A stretch of DNA of 64,000 nucleotides from Eledone cirrhosa (taxonomy: Eukaryota): assembly GCA_964016885.1 (NCBI GenBank), contig OZ024761.1, forward strand, positions 20,646,001-20,710,000, written 5' to 3'. Positions 1 to 11,393 of the stretch are shown here, in pieces (position 1 is the stretch's first letter; each line of letters opens with the position of its first letter). The notes below the pieces were generated by a model. The model saw only the letters and a list, made by a program, of their open reading frames with translations. It was not told the DNA's origin and did not search any database. A program made the translations under genes and the position numbers.

Positions 1-26
1 TTGAGAAACTCACTCGACTTGAAATG
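1..26 (+). CDS. unc-104: Kinesin-3 unc-104/KIF1A internal exon (5' truncated by window edge)
   Basis: Frame from nt 3 reads EKLTRLEM, then donor ATG|GTAAGG; joins next exon to give EKLTRLEMVEKARHILLLRKKL, matching the KIF1 'ELEKL...VEKTRHYLLLREKL' segment. Confidence 0.85.
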
Positions 27-133
27 GTAAGGGTTTCTTTTTTACTGTCTCTTCTGATTGGAATATAACAACAAAAAGATAGAAAAAAAATTTCCCAAAT
101 CTTATATGTTTCTTGTTGTTGTTGTTGGTGTTG

Positions 134-350
134 GGCGGTGGATTGGCAGTATCAGTAGAGGGTCAGACGCCATGCTTAGCAGCATAGAGTTACGGCCCTT
201 TATGATCTGAGTTCAAATCCCGCCGAGGTTAATTTTGCCTTTCATCCTTACGGGGTCGATAAAATAAAGTACCAGTAATGTACTGGGGTCGATTTAATCA
301 ACTTTCCCCTTCCTTCCCCCAAATTTCTGGCCTTGTGTCTCAAGTAAAAA
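134..350 (+). mobile_element. tRNA-derived SINE (family 1)
   Basis: A-box-like head, B-box-like GAGTTCAAATCC, core TTTGCCTTTCATCCTTACGGGGTCGATAAAATAAAGTACCAG; many copies in window. Confidence 0.85.
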
Positions 351-369
351 TCCTTTTTATTGTTAACAG

Positions 370-687
370 GTCGAGAAAGCACGACATATTCTCCTGTTGA
401 GAAAGAAACTTGGTGAACAAAATAAGACCCAAGAACTGAGCAAACTTGACAAGGATGCCTCAAACATGTACGCGAAGGCCAAGTCCCAGCGTGCCAAGGA
501 GGAGGAACTCAAAGGAGACGATGATAAAGATCTCTCCACTGATGGAATTGATAAGAAACTCAAGTTGTCCAATTCCGATGGACCCATATCAGATTTCGTC
601 ACTAATGGCGACAACAACAAAGAGCTGACAGCCAAATGTCTGCGACTCCTCTTACAGGGACGTCTACCACTCAGCTCTCAGAACAAG
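370..687 (+). CDS. unc-104: unc-104/KIF1A exon (106 codons)
   Basis: Acceptor TTAACAG|GTC, donor AAG|GTAAGC; VEKARHILLLRKKL...ELTAKCLRLLLQGRLPLSSQNK, KIF1-like 'ELA.KCLRLL' motif. Confidence 0.9.
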
Positions 688-805
688 GTAAGCCTCTCCC
701 TTTCTCTCTCTCTCTCTTTCTACCACTCAGCTCTCAGAACAAGGTAAGCCTCTCCCTTTCTCTCTCTCTCTCTCTCTCTATACCACTCAGCTCTCAGAAC
801 AAAGT

Positions 806-847
<42 letters not shown>

Positions 848-890
848 CACTCAGCTCTCAGAACAAAGTAACTCTCTCTCTCTCTCTCTT
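665..890 (+). repeat. Four tandem copies of exon end + 5' splice site + (CT)n
   Basis: TACCACTCAGCTCTCAGAACAA(G/A)GTAA starts at 665, 721, 781, 845. Confidence 0.9.
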
Positions 891-1015
891 ACCTTTCAAA
901 CAAGTTATGTCTCTTTCTCTCTCTCTCTCACTCTCACACACACCCCCACCCACACACACAGCTAATCCTCCTCCTCCTACTACTACTATTAAGTTGTTTG
1001 TTTATCTAACTTCAG

Positions 1016-1194
1016 CCAATCACAGCATTAAATGAGAGCATGGTAAGCAGTAACTCTGATGAAGATGAGACATCCCCCATGAGCATGGACAACGTGATGC
1101 AGGCGAGTGCTAGCAGTAGTGTACTTGATACAAGCCTCAACAACAGTAACCAGAACTGTAGTATGGACAACAGTGTTACATCAGATATATTAAG
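1016..1194 (+). CDS. unc-104: unc-104/KIF1A exon, Ser-rich linker
   Basis: Acceptor TTCAG|CCA, donor AG|GTACGT; open PITALNESMVSSNSDEDETSPM...TSDIL, phase 0 in and phase 2 out, compatible with neighbours. Confidence 0.85.
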
Positions 1195-1234
1195 GTACGT
1201 ATAATCTCACCTTTCTACATACCTTCATCCTCAT

Positions 1235-1510
1235 CATCATTTTATGTCCGAGTTTCCCTTCTTGCATGGATCAGACGGGTGAGCTTCAGTGATCTGAATT
1301 CAGCTCTCACCACCTCCGCCCATGTTTTTCGAGGTCTTCCTCTACTGCATCTTCCTTCTACTGGGATTTCTTGGTACTTCTTTACCCAGCGGTCATCCTC
1401 CATGTCCATACCATTGCTGTCTTCTCTCCCACACACTACAACTTATCCCTCTTTTACACAGTTTCACTCCTTATTTGTTATTTTTAGTTTTATCTTATCC
1501 ACTCAGGAAC
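1235..1510 (-). mobile_element. RTE-clade LINE 3' fragment
   Basis: Minus strand reads DDRWVKK...VEGRCSRGRPRKTWAEVV (RTE C-terminal motif) followed by ...GGACATAAAATGATGATG tail. Confidence 0.75.
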
Positions 1511-1519
1511 TCCTTACAT

Positions 1520-2045
1520 AGACACGCACCACCGCTACTTCAGTCTCTAGTCTCCAGAGATGCTGTATCCTCCTATATCTTCTACCATTACTGCATGGTC
1601 TCTGTTCTTTAGAGCTAGCTAGACACATACCACCGCTACTCCAGTCTCAGGCTCACAGATGTCCTCACTCCTTCCTCTGTATCTTCTACCTCTACTGTGA
1701 TGATCTCTGCTATTCAGGGATAGCTACACGTATACCACCTTCACTTCAGTATCAGGCTCACAGATGTCCTCTCTCCTTCCTCTGTATCTTCTACCTCTAC
1801 TGTGATGATCTCTGCTATTCAGGGATAGCTACACGTATACCACCTTCACTTCAGTATCAGGCTCACAGATGTCCTCTCTCCTTCCTCTGTATCTTCTACC
1901 TCTACTGTGATGATCTCTGCTATTCAGGGATAGCTACACGTATACCACCTTCACTTCAGTATCAGGCTCACAGATGTCCTGTCTCCTCTCAATCTATCTT
2001 CTACTGCTACTATGATGGTCTCTGCTCCACAGAGATAGCTGGATT
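1520..2045. repeat. 105-bp minisatellite, about 5 copies
   Basis: CACGTATACCACCTTCAC recurs at 1727, 1832, 1937; degenerate outer copies. Confidence 0.9.
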
Positions 2046-2203
2046 CAGGTTACCTCCTCTCTTTGTATTTTCTCCCACCACCATCACAACGCCCACCCTC
2101 ACCCTCACCACCCCACCCTTACCTTCACTAAGATGTATTATTAATTAATTCACTATATGTATCTCTTGTCTTCCTCTCCATATTCACCTCTTCACTCACT
2201 CAG

Positions 2204-2251
2204 TGTCTCGATGTATGCAGAAGGACAGCAAGCTGCTAATGCAGATAAATG
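2204..2251 (+). CDS. unc-104: Candidate 48-nt symmetric (phase 2-2) cassette exon of unc-104/KIF1A
   Basis: Long pyrimidine tract ending CACTCAG|T, donor TG|GTCAGT; reads (S)VSMYAEGQQAANADK(W) in frame between exons 1016-1194 and 3639-3870. Confidence 0.6.
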
Positions 2252-2259
2252 GTCAGTAC

Positions 2260-2305
<46 letters not shown>

Positions 2306-2640
2306 TTTCTCCTCTCTCTCTCTCTCCCTCTCTCTCCTCTCTCTCCTCTCTCTCCTCTCTCTCTCACGTCCTCTCTCTCTCTCTATATATATATATATAG
2401 TATTAGTTATACTTATATATAGAAATATAAGTAAGATTTTTTATATAAGTAATAATCCTTATATATACCATATACCTCAGAATACTTATATTATAGCTTT
2501 AACACAAATTTCATTATAATATTCTGTTGCTCTTGCTCTTTAATATATTGTAATTAACAATTATAATTAATCTTATCATATATAATGTATCCTGTTAAAT
2601 GTTCGAATGATTAGGAATTTATTTGTTTTAACCTTTTATA

Positions 2641-2687
2641 TGCTCTGATGATTCCAGACCAATATCTGGATGAAACCATTGTAAGCA
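2641..2687 (+). ncRNA. Minimal type I hammerhead ribozyme (Penelope-type), intact core
   Basis: TGCT-CTGATGA(2645-2651)-T-TCCAGA/ccaata/TCTGGA-T-GAAAC-CATT-GTA^-AGCA: stem I TGCT/AGCA, 6-bp stem II, minimal stem III; inside an AT-rich insert (about 2400-2728) flanked by (TA)n. Confidence 0.75.
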
Positions 2688-2802
2688 ATTAAATGTCTTA
2701 AACACAATTTGATTCTTATTTATGTTGTATATATATATATATATATCTTTTCTACCTCACCTCTATTATTGTAGTTGCCTTTTAATCCAAGTAGGTAGTA
2801 GT

Positions 2803-2840
2803 AAGAATATTTTTACTGCAAGATGCAGCATCCTCAGCTC
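2803..2840 (-). ncRNA. Degenerate hammerhead-like motif
   Basis: Minus strand GAG-CTGAGGA-TGCTGCA/tct/TGCAGTA-AAAA-TATT-CTT: 7-bp stem II and palindromic AATATT, but G12 is A. Confidence 0.35.
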
Positions 2841-3036
2841 GAACTTTAAAATCTTTCTGATGAAATGCAGTATTTACCGTATTGCTAGTGAATGGGTATA
2901 ATAATAATAATATTAATATGCAACCAGCACTTGTAGACTGATATTGTATTGAAACATGTTAAAGAATGAACTTTGATTAAATTCTTCACTTCTAAAATAT
3001 ACTTCACGCTTGTCATTTGTTTTCCTATACATTTAA

Positions 3037-3091
<55 letters not shown>

Positions 3092-3110
3092 TTTTATACA
3101 TACATATAAT

Positions 3111-3160
3111 GATTCTGAAGAGTTCTCTACAAATGTCATGTAATGAAACATGTGTAAACC
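3111..3160 (+). ncRNA. Second minimal hammerhead motif (stems degenerate)
   Basis: GATT-CTGAAGA(3115-3121)-23 nt-GAAAC-ATGT-GTA^-AACC, palindromic ACATGT; followed by AATTAAAT like the 2641 copy; directly after (TA)n. Confidence 0.55.
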
Positions 3161-3638
3161 AATTAAATTATGTTGGACTAGGAACATGTTATTGTTGCAC
3201 CTGCGCTTCCACATTACAGTGTGAATTGGGTACTTCTTATCATGGTACCAGTACTACCACCTTTTAGGGTAGACTGGGTGTATTTTGTCGTGTCACCTAC
3301 ACAACCACTTTACTGGGGACAGAAATGGGAGGATGAAGTAGGAATGTGGGGTGGGGTGTATATTGGGTTAAGAGGTGCCTACTGACTGTAGGTTTAAGTT
3401 TGTATGAAAGGGAAGGTGGGTCTTCTGTACAACTGCATAGCTCCAAAGATCTCGATCTTGTGACATTGTCTTAGAGAGGTGTAAGTGAGCAAGGTCAGTT
3501 TTTATCACCTCGTCTCAGGTTTTTCTTGGTCTACCCACTCCGTAGCTTCCATCAATTTTGATCACTCTGCTCTTTTTTGTTACAGCTGTCGTCCTTTATA
3601 CACATCACATGTAATAAAAATACTTCTATTCTCTTCAG

Positions 3639-3870
3639 GCCTGCATCAGCTGAGACAAAAACTCAGTCCAAATCTTGCGAAAGCATATCATCAATGGCAG
3701 AGAATTCTGAACGCAAGTTCTCACTGCCCCTGAAGGCTATCAAGCCAGAAGCTGACCAACAGTTATTTATTCCAGACATTGAGGAAGTAAGGGTCAGCCC
3801 CATAGTATCAAGAAAAGGTTACCTCAACTTTTTAGAAGAGAAGACCAATGGTTGGGTGAAACGTTGGGTG
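3639..3870 (+). CDS. unc-104: unc-104/KIF1A exon, start of PH domain
   Basis: Acceptor CTCTTCAG|G, donor GTG|GTAAGT; FIPDIEEVRVSPIVSRKGYLNFLEEKTNGWVKRWV, diagnostic of the KIF1A/UNC-104 PH domain. Confidence 0.95.
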
Positions 3871-3910
3871 GTAAGTTTCAACCCACTTCCCAATTTCTCA
3901 TTTTTTTAGC

Positions 3911-3962
<52 letters not shown>

Positions 3963-3993
3963 GTATATGTGTGTGTATGTATATATATATATT

Positions 3994-4318
3994 TATTAAA
4001 ATAACATTAAAGTTTAAGCAAAGAATCGTTAAAGGTGAAAACAGCGATTCTTTGCTTAAACTTTAAACTGTTATTTTAATATATATATAGTAATAATAAT
4101 AACAAATATGAAGACTAAAATCCAAAGAGGGCTCGATAAGGATAAATATATATCAAATATATAAGAACCCTAGAGCAAATAGTTATCAAAATAACAGATT
4201 AAAGTTTAAGCAAAGAATCCCTGCTTTCACCCTTAACGGGATCTTCTGAAACAGTTTCAGACAATCCCGTTAAGGGTGAAAGCAGAAATTCTTTGCTTAA
4301 ACTTTAATCTGTTATTTT
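3994..4318. mobile_element. Two adjacent fold-back palindromes (3994-4081, 4188-4318) of one repeat family with an HHR-like core
   Basis: Arms AAAATAACAGATTAAAGTTTAAGCAAAGAAT.../...ATTCTTTGCTTAAACTTTAATCTGTTATTTT, second centre at 4253; unfolded copy at 49131-49295, arm fragment near 27437-27470. Confidence 0.85.
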
Positions 4319-4589
4319 AATTTGACCTGTTTAGCTTGCTTCGTTTTTTGGCTTTGGTGGCTGATGGCTTCTTGACCGCCGTCTTCAGTTTGTTTGGCCC
4401 CTATAACCTATGTTTATTGTTCTGGTCTTTTTTTAGTCCATTGAGCGCTTGTCGCACATCTTGAAAATTGCGTTTCGCTTTGTTTTTGACCACTGCCGAA
4501 ATTCGATCTCGCTGTAGAAATCAAGCCAGAATCAGTTCCCGTCCCACCCTTGCAAGCAGGGAAAAGAGGACGTAAAATGAAATGAAATG

Positions 4590-4637
<48 letters not shown>

Positions 4638-4698
4638 GAAGTAATTCCGTCGGAAAAGTCCAGGAAAAAAGAGTGCTCTATGTAGGTAACAGAGCTTA

Positions 4699-4924
4699 AT
4701 AGTTATGTAATAAACAACATAAGGCAATTATTCCATTTACCAGTGGTTTCTTAAAAGTAAAAAATTTTGCTTTCAATCATCAGAATGAAATAATCCTGGT
4801 CTATTTATTGATATCAATAAATAGACCAGGATTTTTTCATTCTGATGATTGAAAGCAAAATTTTTTTGCTTTTAAGAAACCACTGGTAAATGGAATAATT
4901 GCTTTATGTTGTTTATTACATAAC

Positions 4925-4927
<3 letters not shown>
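4699..4927. mobile_element. About 229-bp near-perfect palindrome ending in (TA)n
   Basis: Centre GATATC 4810-4815; arms contain CTGATGA-TT-GAAA (4842-4854 and its mirror). Confidence 0.9.
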
Positions 4928-4958
<31 letters not shown>

Positions 4959-5103
4959 AAATTATCAGACCTCCTTGGCCTGTCTGGGATGTCAGTAGCC
5001 GCCACTTGGTCTATGTAGACCTGTCCAATCCTTTCTAGCAGGGAAAGCGGACATTAAATATATTATATGTTTACATACATTGACAAACTCTGTCTCCTTG
5101 TAG

Positions 5104-5223
5104 GTTGTCCGACGTCCTTATGTGTATATCTACAACAATGAGAAAGACCCCGTAGAAAGAGGCTTAATCAACTTAGCTACAGCCCAAATTGAATATAGTG
5201 AGGATCAACAAGCTATGCTTAAG
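5104..5223 (+). CDS. unc-104: unc-104/KIF1A exon, PH domain
   Basis: TAG|GTT ... AAG|GTAAGT; [40 protein letters not shown]. Confidence 0.95.
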
Positions 5224-5266
5224 GTAAGTCTCATTCTACTTTCATAGTCTTCACAGCTCTCTCTCT

Positions 5267-5323
<57 letters not shown>

Positions 5324-5400
5324 GTCTGAGAGTTTCTTTAGTGTGGTAGGGTCCTGTGACCCACTTCTCAGGCAGGGGTTTGGATAGGGCTCCGAGACAA

Positions 5401-5451
<51 letters not shown>

Positions 5452-5585
5452 AACATATACATTCCATTCACATACACACAGAAAAACATAAACATGCACA
5501 CATACAGACATCTACACACACACCCCTATGAAAATACCGTATTAAAGAACTAAAGAACTTAAATGTCTTCAACCTTCCATTTCAG

Positions 5586-5704
5586 ACTCGAAATACTTTC
5601 TCAGTAATGACCAAACATAGAGGATTCTTCCTCCAAACCCTCGATGACAAAGATTTCCATGATTGGCTGTATGCCATTAATCCACTTCTCGCTGGCCGAA
5701 TTAG
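5586..5704 (+). CDS. unc-104: unc-104/KIF1A exon, end of PH domain
   Basis: TTTCAG|ACT ... AG|GTAATG; [39 protein letters not shown]. Confidence 0.95.
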
Positions 5705-5727
5705 GTAATGTACATTGATGTTTTTTG

Positions 5728-6260
5728 CCATGATAGAAAGGACCCAGTCCACCCTATAAGGTGATAGCTTGGGTCTATGATAGAAAGGACCCAGTCTACC
5801 CTGTGAGGTGGTAGCTTGGGTCTATGATAGAAAGGACCCAGTCTACCCTGTGAGGTGGTAGCTTGGGTCTATGATAGAAAGGACCCAGTCTACCCTGTGA
5901 GGTGGTAGCTTGGGTCTATGATAGAAAGGACCCAGTCTACCCTGTGAGGTGGTAGCTTGGGTCTATGATAGAAAGAACCCAGTCTACCCTGTGAGGTAGT
6001 AGCTTGGGTCTATGATAGAAAGGACCCAGTCCACCCTATAAGGTGATAGCTTGGGTCTATGATAGAAAGAACCCAGTCTACCCTGTGAGGTAGTAGCTTG
6101 GGTCTATGATAGAAAGAACCCAGTCTACCCTGTGAGGTAGTAGCTTGGGTCTATGATAGAAAGAACCCAGTCTACCCTGTGAGGTGGTAGCTTGGGTCTA
6201 TGATAGAAAGAACCCAGTCTACCCTGTGAGATGGTAGTTCTGGTTCCATGATAGAAAAGA
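5728..6260 (+). repeat. 47-bp minisatellite, about 11 copies
   Basis: ATGATAGAAAGGACCCAGTCTACCCTGTGAGGTGGTAGCTTGGGTCT; related in reverse complement to the array at 51100-51350. Confidence 0.92.
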
Positions 6261-6404
6261 CCCAGTCCACCCTGTAAAAGGGTGCAGAGTCATGATAAAA
6301 TGCTCCCAGTACATCCTGTTAAGTGGTAATGCTGGTGCCACTACAAAAATTACCCAGTATACCCTGTGGTAGGGCCAAATGATGATAAAATGCTCCCAAT
6401 ACAT

Positions 6405-6600
6405 GCCTGGGTCTCCTGCCAATTGGTTTTTGCCTATAAAATCTTTCCAGCAATTCTTTCCTGAGACATCCTGAGCACATGCCTGTAGTAGCCGAACTGT
6501 GATCTCTCAATTCAGAGAAGTAGCAGCTCTACCTGGAGTGACTCTCTCATCTCCAAGCTACACTCTATCAAGTAATGTTACTCCAAAGACCCTTTGGAGA
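6405..6600 (-). mobile_element. RTE-clade LINE fragment (single-unit version of the 65-bp array at 60416-62230); partly duplicated at about 6794-6910
   Basis: Minus strand reads IERSQFGYYRHVLRMSQERIAGK...PIGRRPR with disruptions. Confidence 0.7.
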
Positions 6601-6992
6601 AACCCCAGTTTGACCACTTGTATTTGCAATTGTATACTTTAGGTTATGACCCAAGCTTCATGACTCTAGGTAAGGTTTGGCACAAATACCAAATTGAAGA
6701 TAGCAAATTTGGCTTTTACACCTACCTCCCTACCTGGAACGACTTTTCAATCTCTGAGCTACAAAGTCTGAATTTCTGAATTTTAAAATGAACAGAGAAG
6801 TAGCAGCTCTACATGGAGCGACTCTCTAATCTCCAAGCTATGCATTTTATTGAGTAACATTACTCCAAAGACCCTTCAAAGGAACCCTATTTTGACCTCT
6901 TGTATTTGCAATCCTGTTTTTTCAGTCATTACCTAATTTTATAATGTCTTTTTCAATCTTTTTTCTTTTCTTTTTTCCTCATATTTCCGCAG

Positions 6993-7032
6993 GTCTAAAC
7001 TGTCTCGGAGGAAACAGTCGGTGAAAATATGA
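6993..7032 (+). CDS. unc-104: unc-104/KIF1A last coding exon with stop
   Basis: Long pyrimidine tract, CCGCAG|G; (R)SKLSRRKQSVKI-TGA(7030-7032), matching the KIF1A 'RSKLSRR' C-terminus. Confidence 0.93.
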
Positions 7033-8003
7033 TCTGCCATATCTCCAGTACCTCGCAGCAGACAGCTGGGTCAGTTCTACTCTAATGCCTCTGCCGTGTG
7101 CAGTCTTCTTAGAAGGAAGTTGAAGGCAAAGCTTCAATTCAAGCAAAACAAATACAAACACATTACAAACCTTACTTAAATATTTTAAAAAAGAAAGCAA
7201 AACAACCATTAAAACCTACATGTGGATATTTGACATACAGACACATGTAGATATTTGACATGCAGACACATACACATAAATACATACACGCACACCACAA
7301 ACACACTTGTATGTGTATAAATATATATATGTGTGTGTGTGTATATATATATATATACATGTGTTTATAAATGTATGCATATGTACAAATATTTATCTAT
7401 GTATATGTTTATATTAAATATACACACATACACACAGCCTGAAGCATATAGATATATATATATATATATATATATATAGATGTGTTGGGAGGGAGAAAAG
7501 TAAGAGAATATTTATTTGGGTGTGTATAGGATATATATATATATATATATGTGTGTATGTATGTATGTATTTATATATAGGTGAAGTTTATTATTTAGTT
7601 CTGTATAATCTTGAAATGTAATAGAGATCCTTTTTCTTTTTTTATGCAACTTTCCTATATATATATATAGTGTTGCTAGGGAACTAGAAAAAGAAGTTAG
7701 CACATGTATAAGAAGCCTGAATAATTGAAGGTAAAGATTTGATATGGATTTGACTTGAAGTTAGTTGCTTTTCATTAAAAGTAAACAAACACCAGGAAGG
7801 AGTCGGTTGGTTTAGATATATTTATCCTAGAATTTAGTGCATACCTCCCTAGATCTGCCCCCAGTATATTGTAGGTATAATATAGCTTAGTTTTATGATG
7901 GGCTGAGTATAAAGTTTGTGTCTGGTATAGAAACTCAAACTTGTTGTGGCTTATTTATGAAATCTCTTCCACACACTTACACACATCCTCATATATATAT
8001 ATG

Positions 8004-8058
<55 letters not shown>

Positions 8059-8074
8059 GTGTGTAGATACATAC

Positions 8075-8117
<43 letters not shown>

Positions 8118-8339
8118 GAGAGAAAGAGAGAGGAGGGAGATAATTTATTCAGCACCTATATCCCCACCTATGCACACACACACACACATATACACACACA
8201 TACACACACACACCATTGTACTTTCACTTTCAATTTTTGTTTTTTATTTTGGTTTTTCTTTAGTATCTTATTGTGATTTAGCCAAATATGTGATATTCCC
8301 CCACACAGTAATACTCATGGGTCCACACACACACACTTA

Positions 8340-8384
<45 letters not shown>

Positions 8385-8449
8385 ACACACTTACACACAT
8401 ACACACACACACACACACTATTTCATTTTCTTTGTCAGTTTTGTTTTGC

Positions 8450-8975
8450 CTCGGTAAACTTTACCTCTCGTCCTTTCGTGGTCGATCAACTAAAGTACCA
8501 GTAATGTGCTGGGGGTCTATTTTACCCCCCTCGCCCCCTCCAAATTGCTGGCCTTTTGCCTAAATCAGAAACCATTATTATTATAACTACATTAGTTGGG
8601 TTGGTATCTTTATTAGTGTCTCCATAGTAACAGGTGTGTATCTACGTGTGTTGGTAATAGTAGTAGTAGTAGTAGTAGTATCGATAGTAGTAGCTTCTTG
8701 GTGAATCAATCCAACAACCCAGTTTACGATCTTCCAGTTGACTCTTGTTCATTGCTGTCCCTTTGGAAATGCATGAATGCCACCACAACCTCCTTTATTT
8801 GCTCTTCTCCTTCTGTCCTAGTATTTCTGACCTCAAACCTCTGTTTGAAGTCATTAATACTTCTGTGTGTTGACAGAATCGGTGGAGCATCGGACTAATG
8901 CTTAGCAGTATTTACTCTGGCTTGTTCCACTCTGAGTTCAAATCCCACCCGACGCAACTTGGCCTTTCATCCTTC
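8450..8975 (+). mobile_element. Two partial family-1 SINE copies (about 8450-8575 and 8870-8975)
   Basis: AAAGTACCAGTAATGTGCTGGGG and GAGTTCAAATCCC...GCCTTTCATCC motifs. Confidence 0.7.
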
Positions 8976-9572
8976 ATACCATTGAACTAACCGTATTACC
9001 ATGGTGATGGTATGGCTATGACATACCATCTGTCTAACCATATTACCATGGTGATGGTATGGCTATACCATATTACCATGGTGATAATATAGTCTGACAT
9101 ACCATCTGTCTAACTGTTATTGCCATGGTGATGATATGGTCATCATCATCATCATAATCTACCTTTCCCTGCTTGCATGGGTTAAACAGGTCTTTACCAC
9201 TCTAGCTAAAACAGATGCTACACCCATTCTATACCTTATACCTTATATTAGATCAAACGGGAACTAAATGGCTTCCTTTATTGGCAAACGTGATTTCAGA
9301 TGTCGGCAGGAGAGCAATAGTGAGTTTGTGATGTTCATGCATTTCTTAACAACATTAGCAATGTAAATGAAGACAATCTGGGAGCAGAGACCAGGTTGTG
9401 GTATTGTCTCACCAGAAGCCCTTATGGACCTTTCGTGAGTTAAGGGGCCATACAAATTGTTATTGTTGTTGTTGTTAGTATTTGAAACTTCCTTTGAATT
9501 CAGCTTCTTTCTCAAATTATGTCGAGTGTCAACCTGGCACCTCATATTATTATTATTATTATTATTACGGTT

Positions 9573-9790
9573 AGGGTGGTGGATTGACAGTAATCGGTAG
9601 AGCGTCGGACATTATGCTTTGCAGCATAGAGTTACGGCGCTTTACGGTCTGAGTTTAAATCCCGCTGAGGATAACTTTGCCTTTCATCCTTACAGGGTAG
9701 ATAAAATAAAGTACCAGTAATGCTCTGGGGTCAATTTAATCGACTTTTCCCTCCCCAAAAATGTCTGGCCTTGTGCCTATACTAGGAATT
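9573..9790 (+). mobile_element. Family-1 SINE, near full length, in (ATT)n
   Basis: Colinear with 134-350. Confidence 0.85.
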
Positions 9791-10078
9791 ATTATTATTG
9801 TTATTATAAAACCTATTTTTTCCAGAACTTTCATTTCTAGTTGAATTAAGAGATTTTTTTTTTCTTATCCATGTGGGAAAAAAAAATATATTTGATAATT
9901 AACAACCAATTTTACCTCACTTTATTCTTAGAGCTTTAGTACAATTGTCTGTAAACCATTGCTTTCTCTCTCTTCTCTCCTCTCTCTTCTCTCTCTTCTC
10001 TCTCTTCTCTCTCTTGGTCTTTTGTTTTCTTTCTCGTCTCCTTTCAACAATTCCTGAAGATTTCATTGGAATATGGTC

Positions 10079-10109
<31 letters not shown>

Positions 10110-10183
10110 ATAGTAACACAAACGTGTAATACAGTATATGGAAGGAATATATTAGTTTTACACTTGAAATAGCAGGAAGAGGG

Positions 10184-10219
10184 TTTTAACGTTTTGGATG
10201 CTAGTCCTTCATCAGAAAA
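10184..10219 (-). ncRNA. Minimal hammerhead motif with G12>A change
   Basis: Minus strand TTTT-CTGATGA-A-GGA/ctagca/TCC-AAAACGTT-AAAA (CCGAAACGTT expected; CpG-type decay); element continues about 75 nt into (ATT)n. Confidence 0.55.
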
Positions 10220-11315
10220 TATATGTATATGTATGTATGGTGCATTGCTATCTACTAAACAGTGGTGAGCACCATGGCAAAAGAAGTGAGCTGGCTTTGA
10301 TTCCCCGTCAATGCTAGCCCACTTCATTTATTCATTCATTAAGGCTGTGGAGAAAAGGCATGAATGTCACCTTGCTTCATCCCCCAGCCCTATGAATGTG
10401 TGATCCTAGACCTAATGAAGGAACCCATATTAAAAGAAACAATGCTTGCCTTAATAGTAATAATAATGATGATTTCTTTATTAGCCACACAGGACTCACA
10501 TTAAGGAGATATTAAAGACGGTACAGGATGATACAGTGTGTGGAGGGGGGGGGGGGGGGGGGGGGTGTAAAATAGAATTTATAACAGAGACAAAGAAAAT
10601 ATACATTTAACATAATAATAATAATAATAATAGTGAAAGTTATAGAAGTAGCAAGGCATTGCACACACATTAAGAAGTAGACTCTTAATACAATGGAAAC
10701 AACACTAAAAATAATACTGCATATGTCCAAGCTGCACAGAGCTGTGCTCGGTGATTCATTGATGACAGAATGAGAATATCTAGGGCGGGTAAAATTCCCA
10801 AGATCCATGGACGAGTTCTCTCCAGCGGTCTGTCCCTCATCATCACTAGCTTTATTCTCATTCTGTGGCCACATAGCCACTGAATGAGAATAAAACTAAT
10901 AATAATGACAACAACAATAACAGTAGTGGTAGTAATAGTAGTATCCATTTAAATTTGATTTAATTGTTGATATTAAAATCTTATTTATTTTGCTCAGAAT
11001 TTACAAAAGAAATTTAAAGAAAAACATCAGTAGGGTTAGTTGGGGGATGGGGGGAGAATGACTTTTGGGGTGGGGAGAGAGAGTAATACGTAGAGTAGCT
11101 TTATTTACCTGTGTTTATTGATGTTGATATTAATTTTGAGGTGTGTGTGTGTGTGGGGGGTCTATATAGAATGTGTGAAGAAGGTGAGGAATTGGCAAAG
11201 TTCAAATCTCGATGAGGTCAACTTTGCCTTTCATCCTTTCAAGGTTGATAAAAAAAAAATATTAGTACCAGTCAAATACTGCGGACGATTCTTCCTCTGT
11301 ATCTTTTTCTTACTT

Positions 11316-11393
<78 letters not shown>

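Noticed and set aside
134-230. tRNA gene
   Set aside because: A/B-box-like motifs belong to SINE heads; no cloverleaf
1055-1061. CTGATGA in an exon (other lone CTGANGA boxes near 2857, 10054, 13115, 16018, 17765)
   Set aside because: No stem II plus GAAA plus NUH arrangement
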